DNA of 63,654 nt, filler included, from Octopus bimaculoides (GCF_001194135.2; 7 parts of 6 records of this genome joined end to end with filler, not necessarily neighbours in it), one strand, 5' to 3'. Positions 48,631-63,580 are shown, counted from the whole stretch's first letter. Program-made: numbers and translations. Notes: generated from the sequence alone by a model not told the origin.

Positions 48631-49879
48631 ATATACATAGTAGATATGATACTCCCATACCCACAGTTTACACAGGTAGAGTAGAATAGTTAGTGGGCTG
48701 TTATGTAGATAGATGTATGTATGTATGTGTGTGGGTATATATGTGCATATGTGGATATGAAAGTAAACAGATCAACATACAGATGGAGAGGTACATAGGT
48801 TATATGAACAGACAAGCACACATATGCAAATGGACACTGAAACACGTAACCATATATACACACACACTTTACTTCACACAAGGACACATATAGAGACACA
48901 TGTTCACACATGTGGAGATGCACATCTATACATACCAATACAGTACATAGTTGCAACACACACACACAGACACACACACACTCAGACATACACACACAAG
49001 GAGACAGGTACATACATATACAAACACACACACACATACATAAAAATACACAAGCACAGACACGCAAACACATGAATATGCAGAATACATGCATACAGAT
49101 GCACACACATACATATATACATGTGCATACACACACATATATACATACACACACATGCATACATACATACATACATACTCTTTACTCTTTTACTTGTTTC
49201 AGTCTTTTGACTGTGGCCATGCTGGAGCACCGCCTTTTAGTCGAGCAAATCGACCCCAGGACTTATTCTTTAGAAGCCTAGTACTTATTCTATCGATTTC
49301 TTTTGCCGAACCGCTGCATAGGCACACACACATACACACTGACCTACACACACACACTGACTCACACACACACACTGACCCACACACACACACTGACCCA
49401 CACACACACACNNNNNNNNNNNNNNNNNNNNNNNNNNNNNNNNNNNNNNNNNNNNNNNNNNNNNNNNNNNNNNNNNNNNNNNNNNNNNNNNNNNNNNNNN
49501 NNNNNNNNNNNNNNNNNNNNNNNNNNNNNNNNNNNNNNNNNNNNNNNNNNNNNNNNNNNNNNNNNNNNNNNNNNNNNNNNNNNNNNNNNNNNNNNNNCAC
49601 ACATGCGCACAAACAAACAAAAAGGAATGCAGTGTAAATAACGGACGGAGTCAAGACTATTGAAAAGGTTGCAGGACGCAACGAAAATTTTAGGAAAATA
49701 AAAATAAGGCATAAGTGGAAATTTTACCAGTGAGTGTATTAAATTATAAGGCTCAAAAAGAAAATGACTCTCCCCAGATACAACAGAATATGCTTCAACA
49801 TATGAACTCACATAAAGAATCTGGCAAACCAAATCCAAAAACGTAATACATACATATGTCCTTTTAAACTCGTGATTAC

Positions 49880-50031
49880 CTGTGTGTACATATTGACGTA
49901 GGATTGGGGATAGGGATGGGAGCTGAACTAAAAATGGGAGCTGAACAGGGAATGGGGTAGGACATGCAACTGAGAATGGGAACTGGAAATAACCCCCGCT
50001 TTTTCCAGGTATTACAGGGTAATTCAGCTAG
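49880..50031 (+). mobile_element. Possible Helitron 3' end
   Basis: Ends cagCTAG|T after a weak GC-rich hairpin; degenerate atgggagctgaac repeats upstream. No 5' end identified. Confidence 0.3.
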
Positions 50032-50035
50032 TATA

Positions 50036-50067
<32 letters not shown>

Positions 50068-51048
50068 CAGGAAATTGGAAAAATTGGAAAAATGTTTGGT
50101 ATTATTCATTCACCATTACATGTGTTTCATTTGGTAATAGCTGTAGTAGAAAACATCAAAGATGCTTCCCATTAAAATTCTCCAGACTGAGATTCAAATA
50201 ATATTTGATTCTATCAGAGAAATTCTGAGGTTGATTTGTTTGCCTAATAACACTTCTTGGTAGTGCCCCAGCATGGCCACAGTCCAACAACTGGAACTAG
50301 TAAAAAATAAAACAAGAAATAAAGAAAGAGAGAGAGAGGTTGTGAGAGGGGGAGAGCGAGAGAGAGAGAGAGAGGAAAGCTGGTTGCAGCATGATGTCTT
50401 AGAGAGAAAGATAATCTTCCACTGTCGCCAAATTGATTCCAACAACACTTTGACAAACTGAAGATGGCATTTTATAAATCAAGGAGCGGCAAATCAGAAA
50501 CCGAGGCTGTTATAGAACATAGTTTAGTTGATAAGCAGACATTATATCATGATATCAGAATACGCAGTAGATTGTGCAAGTCTGTGTACTACATACGGCT
50601 AATTATTAATAAGCGCCAAAGACATATTTGTTACTTTCTGTTTTTGTTCTTCATTTGTTTGTTTTGTTTATTTATTGTGGTGCTGGTTGTTTGGGGGGTT
50701 TTTTTGTTTGTTATTTGAGATTTTTTGTTCTAATGTTTTTTTTGTTTTTTTTTTTGCTAAAAAGCAACAGAAGAGGAAAGTGTGTATGAAATAAATAGAG
50801 GTAAAAATTGTGTGTATGTGTAGGGGGTGGGGTAAGTGTAGAGATGTTTTCCTACATGAATTTGTGTTCAGTGTGGGGGTGACTTTGTGTGTGTGTGAGT
50901 GTGTGTGTATAGGTGTGTATGTGTGTATGTGTTTGTGCTGTGTATGTGTCTGTGTGGGGGTGTGTACGTGCACAGGAAAGGGAGTCAGCATTCTCCAAAA
51001 TGAAACAAAGGAAGAAAGAAACAAACACACAAATAAATGAAGGAACGA

Positions 51049-51560
51049 AAGGAAGGAAGGAAGGAAGGAAAGAAGAAGGAAGGAAGGAAGGAAGGAAGGA
51101 AAGAAGAAGGAAGGAAGGAAGGAAGAAGGAAGGAAGGAAGGGAGGAAGGAAGGAAGGAGGAAAGAAGGAAGGAAGGAAGGAAGGGAGGAAGAAGGAAGGA
51201 AGAAAGGAAGGAAGGAAGGAAGGAATGGTTGAAGGAAGGAAGGAAGGAAAGAAGGAAGGAAGGAAGAAAGGAAGGAAGGAAGGAAAGAAGGCAGGAAAGA
51301 AAGGAAGGAAGGAAGGAAGGAAGGAAGGAAAGAAGGAAGGAAGGAAAGAAGGAAGGAAGGAAGGAAAGAAGGAAGGAAGGAAAGAAAGAAGGAAGGAAGG
51401 AAGGAAAGAAGGAAGGAAGGAAGGAAGGAAGGAAGGAAAGAAGGAAGGAGGGAAGGAAGAAGGAAGGAAGGAAGGAAGGAAAGAAGGAAGGAAGGAAAGA
51501 AAGAAAGAAAAGAAGGAACGAACGAACGAATGAAAGAAAGAAACAAACAAACAAACAAAC
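51049..51560. repeat. (AAGG)n microsatellite grading into AACG/AAAG/AAAC
   Basis: Direct read; explains the KEGR/PSFL ORFs. Confidence 0.97.
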
Positions 51561-52008
51561 AAAAGAAGAAACTAGCAAATAAACAAAAACTAAAAGAAAG
51601 GAAGCAAACAAGCAACCAAGAAAGAAAGAATCAACCAACCAAAGAAGGAAAAAAGTTATTCTTAGACCCGGAAAACATGTCCAACAGAGTGGACTCCATT
51701 ATAACTTACTAAATGGTTTTGTAGTGATGACAGGGCTAGTATTAGACTAACCAACTAAATACATCTGGGTCAAGCTTGACCGAACTGGCCTTATGATCAG
51801 AGGCAATCCACCTGTGATCATCCTATGGTTGTGTGGTAAGAAGTTTGCTTCCTGACCGCATGGTTCTGGGTTCAGTCCTATTGTGTAACACCTTGAACAA
51901 CTATCTACTATTATAGCCTCAGACCAACTAAAGTCTTGTCAGTAGATTTGGTAGATGGAGACTGAAAGAAACCTCTTGTATGTATGTATATATATATATA
52001 TATATATC

Positions 52009-52043
<35 letters not shown>

Positions 52044-52174
52044 NNNNNNNNNNNNNNNNNNNNNNNNNNNNNNNNNNNNNNNNNNNNTTAATTAATTAAN
52101 NNNNNNNNNNNNNNNNNNNNNNNNNNNNNNNNNNNNNNNNNNNTCCCTAGACCATTTTTCATTCTTTCCTAGAC

Positions 52175-52217
<43 letters not shown>

Positions 52218-52282
52218 GTTATTATTATTATTAATATTATTATTATTATTATTGTTATTATTATTATTAATATTATTATTAC

Positions 52283-52351
<69 letters not shown>

Positions 52352-52367
52352 CATCATTATTATTATT

Positions 52368-52810
52368 GAGTGAGAGAGCAGTGCATGCCATCAAAATGAC
52401 ACTGGGGTAAAATATACGAAGCCCAGTGTACCCATAATTACTACCCGTCTGACACAAGCGTACATCAGGCACATGCATCACAACCATACGTGCGCGTCAT
52501 GGTGATCTCATATCAAGATAAACATCGCATGACCTTGCAGATGTGGCCCAGTTAGACTTTTCTCCAAGTCGAGTAGCATCCCGCTCAAAAAGTCCCTGAA
52601 TAAGGGTTGTTTAAGGATGTTGAAGGAAACACCCATGTTTCCAAAGGTGAATTATTCAAAACCCAAGGAATTCGTTTCAACACATGTCTACAGAATATTT
52701 GCTGTAGCCCATTTTTTATACCAAGACAAAACAATGTACATTATAATACCTCCAATCAATTAAGATCAGAAGCCATGAGAGCTACTGTTTGGTACTGCAT
52801 CGGGGCATTC
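52368..52810 (-). mobile_element. 443-bp retroposon-like insert embedded in (AAT)n
   Basis: Non-repetitive body flanked on both sides by (ATT)n on + (52176-52367 and 52811-52822); no convincing ORF. Confidence 0.55.
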
Positions 52811-52830
52811 ATTATTATTATTGCTGTTGT

Positions 52831-52983
<153 letters not shown>

Positions 52984-54253
52984 TAAGTGTAGTTTTTGCT
53001 GATTTTATGTCCGTCTATTTTTAATACATGATACATATCTGTATGCATTGTTGTCCCGTTTATATCATATTATTACATAGTTACACATAGAACTTCAGCT
53101 TCACCATTCTACAAGCAGGTATAATATAGATATTTACTTCTCTGAAGCTTTCCCCGTCGCTTGTGGTTTCAAGAACGCAACTGCTGACATCAGCTTCATA
53201 TATCTCTCCCACCAACAAGAACACGACCGCTATATATATAAACAGGGCTACAAGCAAAGGCACAACTAAGAAACCACTACCAATGCATCACGTTCAACAA
53301 AAACACTACTATCACCACCACCAACAACAACTACAACAACTGCATTAGCACTGCCACTTCGTCGCTCTCGTTACCATGACTATCATCACACTGCCAGAAA
53401 CAATATCAGAACCATCGCATCTTCTTTAACGTTAGAATTTACAAATTTACTCTGCGTTCTGTCTTCGAAAATCTGATATGAGGAATCGATTATTATTAAG
53501 TAACTAGCAGTCAGTCTGCTATCATCTGGCTGAATAATTTCTCAGTCAAATAACAATATATTAATAATCAAATCCAACTAAGCTATCGATCAATTGTATA
53601 ACCTCGATATAACATTTGATGTTTTAAATTCTTTTCCTTGTTTGCTTTTTTTTTCTTTTTGGTTTTCTTTCTCAGAGTTTAAACATCCGATTGCTTCATT
53701 AGTACAGTTGTGTCTTGATTGACCGACCGATATATGTTGCCAAGGATCGGTTACATATCAAACGCATTTAAAATAGCAGATTACTTCAGAGAATCAAACA
53801 ACCTAGATATACTCATTTATTTCCCTCCTGGTGGAAATAAATTATTCTTCCTGTATGAATGAATATTAAAATATATTCATTAAGATTTAATTACAGATCT
53901 CAGTACAATATTCAGGATGTAGCGTTTGAAATTTGCATAACACGGACGAGATAGAAGAAAGACGTCTTCTCTTATTTTTAATCTTTTGCTTGCTTTAGTC
54001 ATTAGACTGCAGCTATGGTGGGGCACCACCTACAAGAATTTTTAGTCGCATGAATCGTTCCCAGTACTTATATTTTGCTGGTGCTTATTCTATCAGGCTC
54101 ATTTGCCGAACCCTCAAGTTACGGGGTACGGACGTAGAAACGCAACAAGTTGTCAAGGTGGTGTGGAGGACACAGACACAAACACATAATACACACACAC
54201 AAACGCATACATACACATGTACTCATATACATATGTATATATATACAAATATG

Positions 54254-54321
<68 letters not shown>

Positions 54322-54540
54322 CGAGGGTGGGGCTGAAACGTTCCTGGCTCTGGGTAGAAAAAAGTACTGGAGGATCAGTTAATTTTGATATTATTCAACA
54401 TATTCCTCTCTGAGATTCACGCACAAATTGCAGCAGTCTTTCAGTTTTTCTATGGGCTGTAAATGAAGTCGGATGTTTGGGCCTCCAGCCACGCCTTTCA
54501 TGTTGCCCTTAAGTCCAGGTAATATTTCAGCACCTAGTCG
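54322..54540. mobile_element. mariner-derived MITE
   Basis: TA|cgagggtggggctgaaacgttcctggct ... aagtccaggtaatatttcagcacctagtcg|TA; degenerate TIRs with TA flanks. Confidence 0.75.
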
Positions 54541-54879
54541 TATATACATAACTGTGTTTTTCAATTTTTTCTTACCAAATCTACTCACAAGGCTTTGGCC
54601 GGATCAAGGCTATAATAGAAGACACTCGCCCTAGGTGTTATCTCACGCAGTGGGACTGAACTTAGAATCATGTGGTGGGGAAGCAAGTTTCTTACCACAC
54701 AACCACACCTATGCTTATAGCTACGCCTGCGCCTTTTCAACATTAATTATGTTTTTTAAGGTAGGGGCAATGCTTCAAATTAAGAAGTCGAGAGAAAGCA
54801 AGACAGAAAGCAAGAACACAAATGGTTTTTTATATAATCCTTTGCTTGAACCATAGAGTCCCCTGTGTTTCTTCTAAAC

Positions 54880-56760
54880 GTCTATGTAGTTTGTAAGTTT
54901 TTTAAAATTAATCATTGTTTCATTCTTTCTGAGTAATACAAATCTTTCTTTTTGTAAGTACTGATGGTTGAAAAACATGGGAATGTGTGTCATCAGGTTT
55001 GGACACCAGATAGATACACACTGTGTCAAATAACGTATTAGCCACATCATAAGTTTTGTCTCCATTTATATCATTATTTTGCTTAACGTGTTTATTTTAA
55101 CCTGTATTTCGTATATACTTTAACTTCTAATCAGAGGTTGTGTACCACTGAAGAGATGGAGTTAATATTATTTGTAAGTGAACTCGTTTTTTAGCTTAAA
55201 CTTGAGTAGCGACGAACAAGAGCATAGTGTGTTTTGTTTTATATATACCATTTGTTTTACTCCACAATATCAGTTAGTATTTATATATTTCAGTGTCTTA
55301 GGAAGACCATTCACCTGTATGATGCCTCTTATGTTGTATTCAATTTATGATAGGCTAAATCTTACTTTACTTTCAGAATAGCACTATTTTGTTTTGATAG
55401 ATTATACCCGTCAAAGATACACGTTTTCAGTTCTGCATATTTTCTTTTCATATCTAAATTCCATGTTGTATATTTAGTTTTTTGTTCATATTCATAGGCT
55501 TTTTGTGGACGCCTTGGTCCTATCTTATACTAACATCAAGTTTATTGCAAAATGTAGTCATCAATTTTCGTGTAATTCACCTCCGTCAACAGAATTATTC
55601 ATTGACCCCGAAGTTCGAGTTTAACTTAGCAAGGGTTCAGGAACGTTCATCGATTTCGTTTTCATCTGTTCTCCTTATGTTTTCTTTATTGCTTCTGACA
55701 GTTTTGTTCACACTTTTATATTATGTTATTATGAAATGATATAGGTATTTATTCAGTTTGTTATATATTAGAATGAAGGTGCAACTTTGCTGTAGTAGTG
55801 TATTCGCTTTCGTTTAGTATTTCGACAAGGTTTTCTATAATCTGCATTAATATTTTAGATTATGTTTCTTTTATCCCCTGTTCAGTTTTTATTTTGCTGT
55901 AATGACTTGTTCCTTTTTATGTTTTGTTGATTCTGCAGCAATTTCCACGTTTTGAAGGTCCATATATTGTATCGATGTTCACTTTATTGCAATGTTTCCA
56001 TTCTTTTGCAAAGCTTTATATATTCTATATATCATAATTTATGATGTAATATGTCCATCGGTTTGTTATAGCTTAACTTTTATGTGAATTCTGTTGGTTT
56101 ATTTTATTTTCAGTTTATTATTTCTATGACTTGTTCCCTTTCGATATTTAAGATCATGTCACTGTTATGATAAAGCTGCCTAAATTCTAGTTTGCTTAAA
56201 TTCATGTCGTTTCTCAATTCTGTGCTTTTTTCTTCCTTTTTTATCGCTCAGAAGTACTGCCTTTACTTTTTTCATGAACGTTAGATATAGCGTTTGTATT
56301 TAATGGGAATGTGATGCTGCAGTGTATTGCACTTTTGGTGAAAAGTTCTTTTTCAATTTTGCTTTGTTTCAGGTGATATAATTACGATTCGGGCTTTTGA
56401 AAACATACCGCTTCTGAAATATTTGTTACATTGGTTTCATAACCTGCTCACATTGAGCTAACGCTACAACATTCATCATTTAGCCTGGCAGGTCAATTGT
56501 CATTTTATTACTAGTTTTGACAGTTTGATTTATTAATATGCAATGCTCGTTGTTTTCTCACAGTTGCTATTATTTCAAGTTTGTTCATTTTCTTTTTCTT
56601 TGTGACACTTGGCTTACATGTTCATTTTTAGTCGTGCTTTATTTGAAACATTCAATACATTTCAGTATAATAATCCTGTTTGTGACGTAGAATAAATGCC
56701 AGTTTCCCATATTGGGATACTTCTAACGTCGTTTCTGCATTATGTGCTAAATTTGGTCTT
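54880..56760 (-). mobile_element. Highly decayed CR1-like LINE relic
   Basis: T-rich + strand; only faint RT-like traces on the minus strand (GIIQ..., LFVAT, NGDKT, NFKKLTNYI), with many stops. Confidence 0.35.
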
Positions 56761-56829
56761 GAGTTTGAGAATATTGTTAATATTATATGAATAAACGTTT
56801 CCACGAAATACTATTTATTCTACGAAGAG

Positions 56830-56865
<36 letters not shown>

Positions 56866-56868
<3 letters not shown>

Positions 56869-56938
56869 TAGTTTTATTTTTATAACGTGCTTTCACTTCA
56901 CTACCGAGCGCAGCTCTGTGCGCCTTGGGTATGTGCTG
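56866..56938 (-). mobile_element. 3' end of a retroposon with an (AAT)n tail, cut by a gap
   Basis: Minus strand reads ...agtgaaagcacgttataaaaataaaactactg followed by (AAT)12. Confidence 0.45.
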
Positions 56939-57167
56939 NNNNNNNNNNNNNNNNNNNNNNNNNNNNNNNNNNNNNNNNNNNNTTAATTAATTAANNNNNN
57001 NNNNNNNNNNNNNNNNNNNNNNNNNNNNNNNNNNNNNNAAATGTAACCATGTGTAAACAACAAAGGACACATATGCGTATATATTATGCACACACACACA
57101 CATACACAAAATACCCACTCCCACCAACAACCCCCGCACACACGTACACACACATGTATATTTAAAT

Positions 57168-57208
<41 letters not shown>

Positions 57209-57233
57209 AAAATCGGTACATACACACACAAAC

Positions 57234-57264
<31 letters not shown>

Positions 57265-57629
57265 AATAGGTACACACACACACACATGCACATATGTTTA
57301 TTTATATACACACACACAGACACACACATTCACCGACATGCATATAAAATTGAGTATGTTTGTGAGCGTATGCCGGGAAGTGAGTTTGTATGAAGCTTTG
57401 TTATCTTATACTATATTAAATTATATTATGATATAGTATGTGATCTATATATCAGTATATTTATAAGGGTGTTCCTGAGTATGCTCATGCGGTGACAGTA
57501 GTGTGTATTAATGAAATGGTGTGAGTTGATGTATTAGTCAATATAAACAATATATAATCGAGGTGTACAGTAAATTAAAATTTAATTTAAAAGCAAAGAG
57601 GCACACACCCGACATATATACATATAAAT

Positions 57630-57679
<50 letters not shown>

Positions 57680-57995
57680 ATATATACATATATAATATTA
57701 ATACAAATACAAGTATAAATATGTATATGTAGATCTCCAGATACTGATCTACGTGAGCATGTATTTATGTATGCGCACCAATATAGGATATAATATAACA
57801 AGCACGGTCTTTCCGGTGGCGAAAATTCATATTTTAAGATTTGAGATAGCTGATGCATATAGTAAAACAAAGCTACTCCGTGAGCACAAACTCATATTTA
57901 ACCTTGCACAGACACTCGTACAAACAAACGCATATACAACTATACAGCATATAAACGTTGGTATATAGAATTATATATATATATACTCACACACA

Positions 57996-58043
<48 letters not shown>

Positions 58044-58785
58044 NNNNNNNNNNNNNNNNNNNNNNNNNNNNNNNNNNNNNNNNNNNNNNNNNNNNNNNNN
58101 NNNNNNNNNNNNNNNNNNNNNNNNNNNNNNNNNNNNNNNNNNNNNNNNNNNNNNNNNNNNNNNNNNNNNNNNNNNNNNNNNNNNNNNNNNNNNNNNNNNN
58201 NNNNNNNNNNNNNNNNNNNNNNNNNNNNNNNNNNNNNNNNNNNNNNNNNNNNNNNNNNNNNNNNNNNNNNNNNNNNNNNNNNNNNNNNNNNNNNNNNNNN
58301 NNNNNNNNNNNNNNNNNNNNNNNNNNNNNNNNNNNNNNNNNNNNNNNNNNNNNNNNNNNNNNNNNNNNNNNNNNNNNNNNNNNNNNNNNNNNNNNNNNNN
58401 NNNNNNNNNNNNNNNNNNNNNNNNNNNNNNNNNNNNNNNNNNNNNNNNNNNNNNNNNNNNNNNNNNNNNNNNNNNNNNNNNNNNNNNNNNNNNNNNNNNN
58501 NNNNNNNNNNNNNNNNNNNNNNNNNNNNNNNNNNNNNNNNNNNNNNNNNNNNNNNNNNNNNNNNNNNNNNNNNNNNNNNNNNNNNNNNNNNNNNNNNNNN
58601 NNNNNNNNNNNNNNNNNNNNNNNNNNNNNNNNNNNNNNNNNNNNNNNNNNNNNNNNNNNNNNNNNNNNNNNNNNNNNNNNNNNNNNNNNNNNNNNNNNNN
58701 TATATATGGATATATGTATACATGTACATATATATGCATTGACACATACATTCATACATTCACAAACACACACACATACATATGT

Positions 58786-58855
<70 letters not shown>

Positions 58856-58941
58856 GGATATACATATATATGTGTGTATGTGTAAATACATATTTATATG
58901 CATACAAAATATATGTATGATATATATTATATTATGATACA

Positions 58942-58979
<38 letters not shown>

Positions 58980-59768
58980 CACTTATATTGGTCATAAATA
59001 AGGATATAGGTATGTATGACATATATAAACATATATAATGAAACAATAATACACACACTCACACACACATATATATTTATTTATATATATATATAAATAT
59101 AAATATACATATATACATACTGACATTCATGTATATATATATATATATATGTATACATGTGTGCATGTATATAAACGCGAGTCAATATAAAGAAACATCA
59201 CACACACGAATGCAAATAAAAGTTATACAAAACACCGAGGTTTAATGATTTAAAGTTGGAAAAAGGAAATGGAAATTACAACTTAAAATCGATAATTTTG
59301 AAATTTTTTCTGTAAGAGAAATATCCAGAAACACACATGTAATCATACTCACGCTGTCACGTACACGTACATACACAGATATCGATATATATGACTGTAT
59401 GTATGTATATATGTATATATGTATCTATCTATCTATCTATCTATCTATCAACATTTGTGTGACTAGATATATATACATTCTTACACATAATTGTAGGTGT
59501 ACATTAAGAAAGATAGACTGAGAAACATCGGATGTTAGATTTATGCCAGCGTAGAAACAGTGACAACGTCATACTTAGGAGAGCTCTTGCACACTGTCAC
59601 ACAGTGCTGTATAAACACACCTGAAACATATATACATACATACATACATACATACTGACAGGGATTTATTCACATACACACATGGATATGTATGTAATGT
59701 ATATATATATACATTACATAATACATATGCACACACACCTTTACACGTACATGTGTGCTTATACGTTT

Positions 59769-59814
<46 letters not shown>

Positions 59815-60424
59815 GTATGTATGTATGTATGTATATATGTATGTATGTTTATATATATATATATATATATTCGATGAGAAATTTTCTGAAGCGTCAATGG
59901 TTCCGCCACTACCACCACCACCATCACCATCACTCCTGACCCACAACAGCAACAACAACAATTTTCTTTAATAAAAGTTGAAAAAAATTAAGCTTCATTG
60001 ATTGGATAATAAATATGTAAANNNNNNNNNNNNNNNNNNNNNNNNNNNNNNNNNNNNNNNNNNNNNNNNNNNNNNNNNNNNNNNNNNNNNNNNNNNNNNN
60101 NNNNNNNNNNNNNNNNNNNNNNNNNNNNNNNNNNNNNNNNNNNNNNNNNNNNNNNNNNNNNNNNNNNNNNNNNNNNNNNNNNNNNNNNNNNNNNNNNNNN
60201 NNNNNNNNNNNNNNNNNNNNNNNNNNNNNNNNNNNNNNNNNNNNNNNNNNNNNNNNNNNNNNNNNNNNNNNNNNNNNNNNNNNNNNNNNNNNNNNNNNNN
60301 NNNNNNNNNNNNNNNNNNNNNNNNNNNNNNNNNNNNNNNNNNNNNNNNNNNNNNNNNNNNNNNNNNNNNNNNNNNNNNNNNNNNNNNNNNNNNNNNNNNN
60401 NNNNNNNNNNNNNNNNNNNNNNNN

Positions 60425-60455
<31 letters not shown>

Positions 60456-60982
60456 TAGACATAAGTACTATATATATGTACACACATGTATGTGTATATA
60501 CATATATACAGTCACACAGACACACACGCATATATATATATCGATGCGTTTATGTCTTCATGATTGTAGTCTTTCACGTCACTGGAATTTCCTCGCCAAA
60601 TCTCAGTATTTTCTTCAACCTGTGCTTTTTTATTTATCAGTTTGTTTCAATTTTATTTTTTTTTTTTTTTTTTTCATGAAATTAATATTCTCATTAATTT
60701 CATGACATGGAATGGTGAATGCAGAAGTATTACCCAAAGACTATAGTTAAAACTCTGAATTGATGGAGTTTGAGAGCTGCTTTTATATCCTAGTAAATGT
60801 CACACGGCATCGTTTCCTGCATTAATGCTCTCGTAGAGAAAAATTCCTCATTCGACAAACCTATGCTTCATTTTACATTATCAGTGCTCGTGTCGACAAT
60901 ATTTTTGATTCTGTATGCATACATATATACATACATATACATATATCATATATATATATATACATATATAATATATATATAC

Positions 60983-61033
<51 letters not shown>

Positions 61034-61091
61034 ATTTGGGGATGGTCATATTGCTAGTTTAGCCAATAAAAACACACGCACTGAGAAGCAC

Positions 61092-61123
<32 letters not shown>

Positions 61124-61724
61124 CAATCACCACCACTACTACACTTCCAGCACAGTCACTTCCACAAAATCATCATCATCATCAATATAACCATCGCCAT
61201 TAGCCCCATCGTATCATCCCCCTCGTATCATCCCCCTCGCATCATCATCATCATCAGCAGCAGCAACATCAACAGTGGTAGTAGTAATAACTACAATTTA
61301 ATCAAGATGGTTCAAGTGTTCGTATTGGTGATGTTTTTTGGCGTTCATCATATCGATAGTGGCGCTAAGAATGGTAGCGAAGGTGTTGTTTACTTGTTCA
61401 TGACGTTGTAATTAATAGTGGCGGTGGTGGTGGTGGTGGTGGTGGTGGTGGCGCCGGCGGTGACGCTGGTGGTGGTGGTGATGGTAGTGGTAACATTACT
61501 GAAGATTCTTGTATTGTTAGAATTGTAGTGTTGTGTTGTTTTTGTTGTTGTTGTTGTTTTTGGTGGTGGTGGTGGTCATGGGGGTGACGGGTACGGGTGG
61601 CGGGGATGGGATGTTTGTACAAAGAACGGGCGGAAATGAACACCACGCCTAACCAAATAACACTTAATATACAACAGGCATTATCATCTACAACAACAAC
61701 AACAAGATAAACTACTACTACTAT

Positions 61725-61766
<42 letters not shown>

Positions 61767-61839
61767 AGTGTTAATAGCAACAAAGAAAATAATGAAGAGT
61801 AATGTTAGCAACACCTTCGGTAAAAAAGCAATATAAATA

Positions 61840-61872
<33 letters not shown>

Positions 61873-62303
61873 GTATGTATATATATGTATATATTTGTAT
61901 ATACATATGTATGCATATATATATATATATATATATATACATGCAAGGAAGAAATACACATGTGCATACATACATTCATAGAGAGACATATACATTCTTC
62001 AATTCTTTTACATATTTAAGCCCTAAGGTTGTGACCTTGCTGGAGCAAGGTTTTTCACTTTCAATACATACATACATACACACATGCATGCAGACATACG
62101 TATACAAAAAATGTAGAGTAATGACAAAACAAAATTGTGTCAGCTGTTGAAAAAAACGGAATACGTTTTATATATATAAATAGCTATACATACATACGCA
62201 TATNNNNNNNNNNNNNNNNNNNNNNNNNNNNNNNNNNNNNNNNNNNNTTAATTAATTAANNNNNNNNNNNNNNNNNNNNNNNNNNNNNNNNNNNNNNNNN
62301 NNN

Positions 62304-62359
<56 letters not shown>

Positions 62360-62638
62360 ATATGTATAAAATAAACTGCTGGTTATATAATAAGTCATAT
62401 GATATTTCAATGAAATGCATTGAAATGATAATTAGATAAAACTAAAAATAGACTTTATGAGCATAAAAACTGAAGTTGCAATAAACCTATTTGAGATCAA
62501 GGTCGTATTTAACATACAAAATACACAGGACACAAGGTCTGAAATTTTGGGGTAGTGTTTGGCTGGTATTCATCTTATCGATATCGGTATGATAAAATAT
62601 AAAGTCAACCTTGGCAAGACGAGCGAAATTATTAGCGG

Positions 62639-62639
62639 C

Positions 62640-62712
<73 letters not shown>

Positions 62713-62772
62713 GTGGCAGCAGCAGCAACAACAATAATAACAACAATAATATTAATAATAACGATAATAATT
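62639..62772. repeat. (CAA)n grading to CAG/AAT microsatellite
   Basis: Direct read; abuts the 5' end of the R4/Dong copy. Confidence 0.95.
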
Positions 62773-63580
62773 GAGATGTTGAGGATAAGACAGACAGAGA
62801 AAAAAGATGGCTGTGGATGACTAAAAGGGATTTAAAACCGGAAACGGAGGCTCTAATCTGTGCTGCCCAAGAGCAAGCACTAAGAACAAACTACATAAAA
62901 TACAGAATAGACAACACATCAGAAAGTGATAAGTGCAGAATCTGTGGACAAAACGGTGAAACCGTATGGCATATTACCAGCCAATGTATGTCCCTAGCCC
63001 AGAAGGAATATAAGATATGCCACCACAATATGGCCAGGCTTGTCCATTGGACATTTTGCAACAAGTATGGACTTGACAGAGCAAAAACTTGGTACGACCA
63101 CAAACCCGAATGCATCGTCGAGAATGGAAATGCAAAGATCCTATGGGATTTTATGATTCAGTGCGACCATGAGATTGAGAATAGAAAATCAGACATAGTG
63201 TTAATTGAGAAAGAAAACAAACTATGCTGGATCATAGATATAGCATGCCCAGCTGATAACAAGGTATGCGATAACGAAGAAAGAAAAGTTGATAGATATA
63301 ACAGGTTAGCTTGGAAAGTTAAGCAGTTTTGGTCGATGAAAATGATAGCAGTAGTACCAATAATTGTCGGAGCCCTGGGAACAGTGAGCAAAAATCTCGA
63401 GAGGAACGTGGAACAAATAGGGGCTGCAATAATGCTGGAGCACTAGCAGAAAACAGCACTGCTTGGAACCGCTCGAATACTCCGGAAGGTGCTCGAAAAA
63501 TAAGAGGTGTTACCTTAGTTCACTGGTAGGGTACAGCTGACACCGTAATACATCTCCAGCGTTAGAAGGTGTGCAAAGGC
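62773..63580 (+). mobile_element. 5'-truncated R4/Dong-clade non-LTR retrotransposon (CCHC, RLE, 3' UTR)
   Basis: LKPETEALICAAQEQALRT, CRICGQNGETVWHITSQC, ILWDFMIQCDHEIENRKSDIVL..IIDIACPAD, VPIIVGALG, TALLGTARILRKVLEK* (stop 63501-63503); one internal TAG at 63444. Confidence 0.92.

Noticed and set aside
50464-50718. 84-aa ORF with good start context (aagATGG)
   Set aside because: No domain similarity; it runs into T-rich low-complexity sequence with no splice donor.
50668-51638. Very long ORFs (PSFL/KEGR) and all [18 protein letters not shown] and X-filled ORFs in the track
   Set aside because: Translations of microsatellites and N gaps, not genes.
60674-60705. 13-bp AT-rich inverted repeat tcatgaaattaat / attaatttcatga
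   Set aside because: Almost all A/T in very AT-rich DNA, with no associated element ends; low significance.
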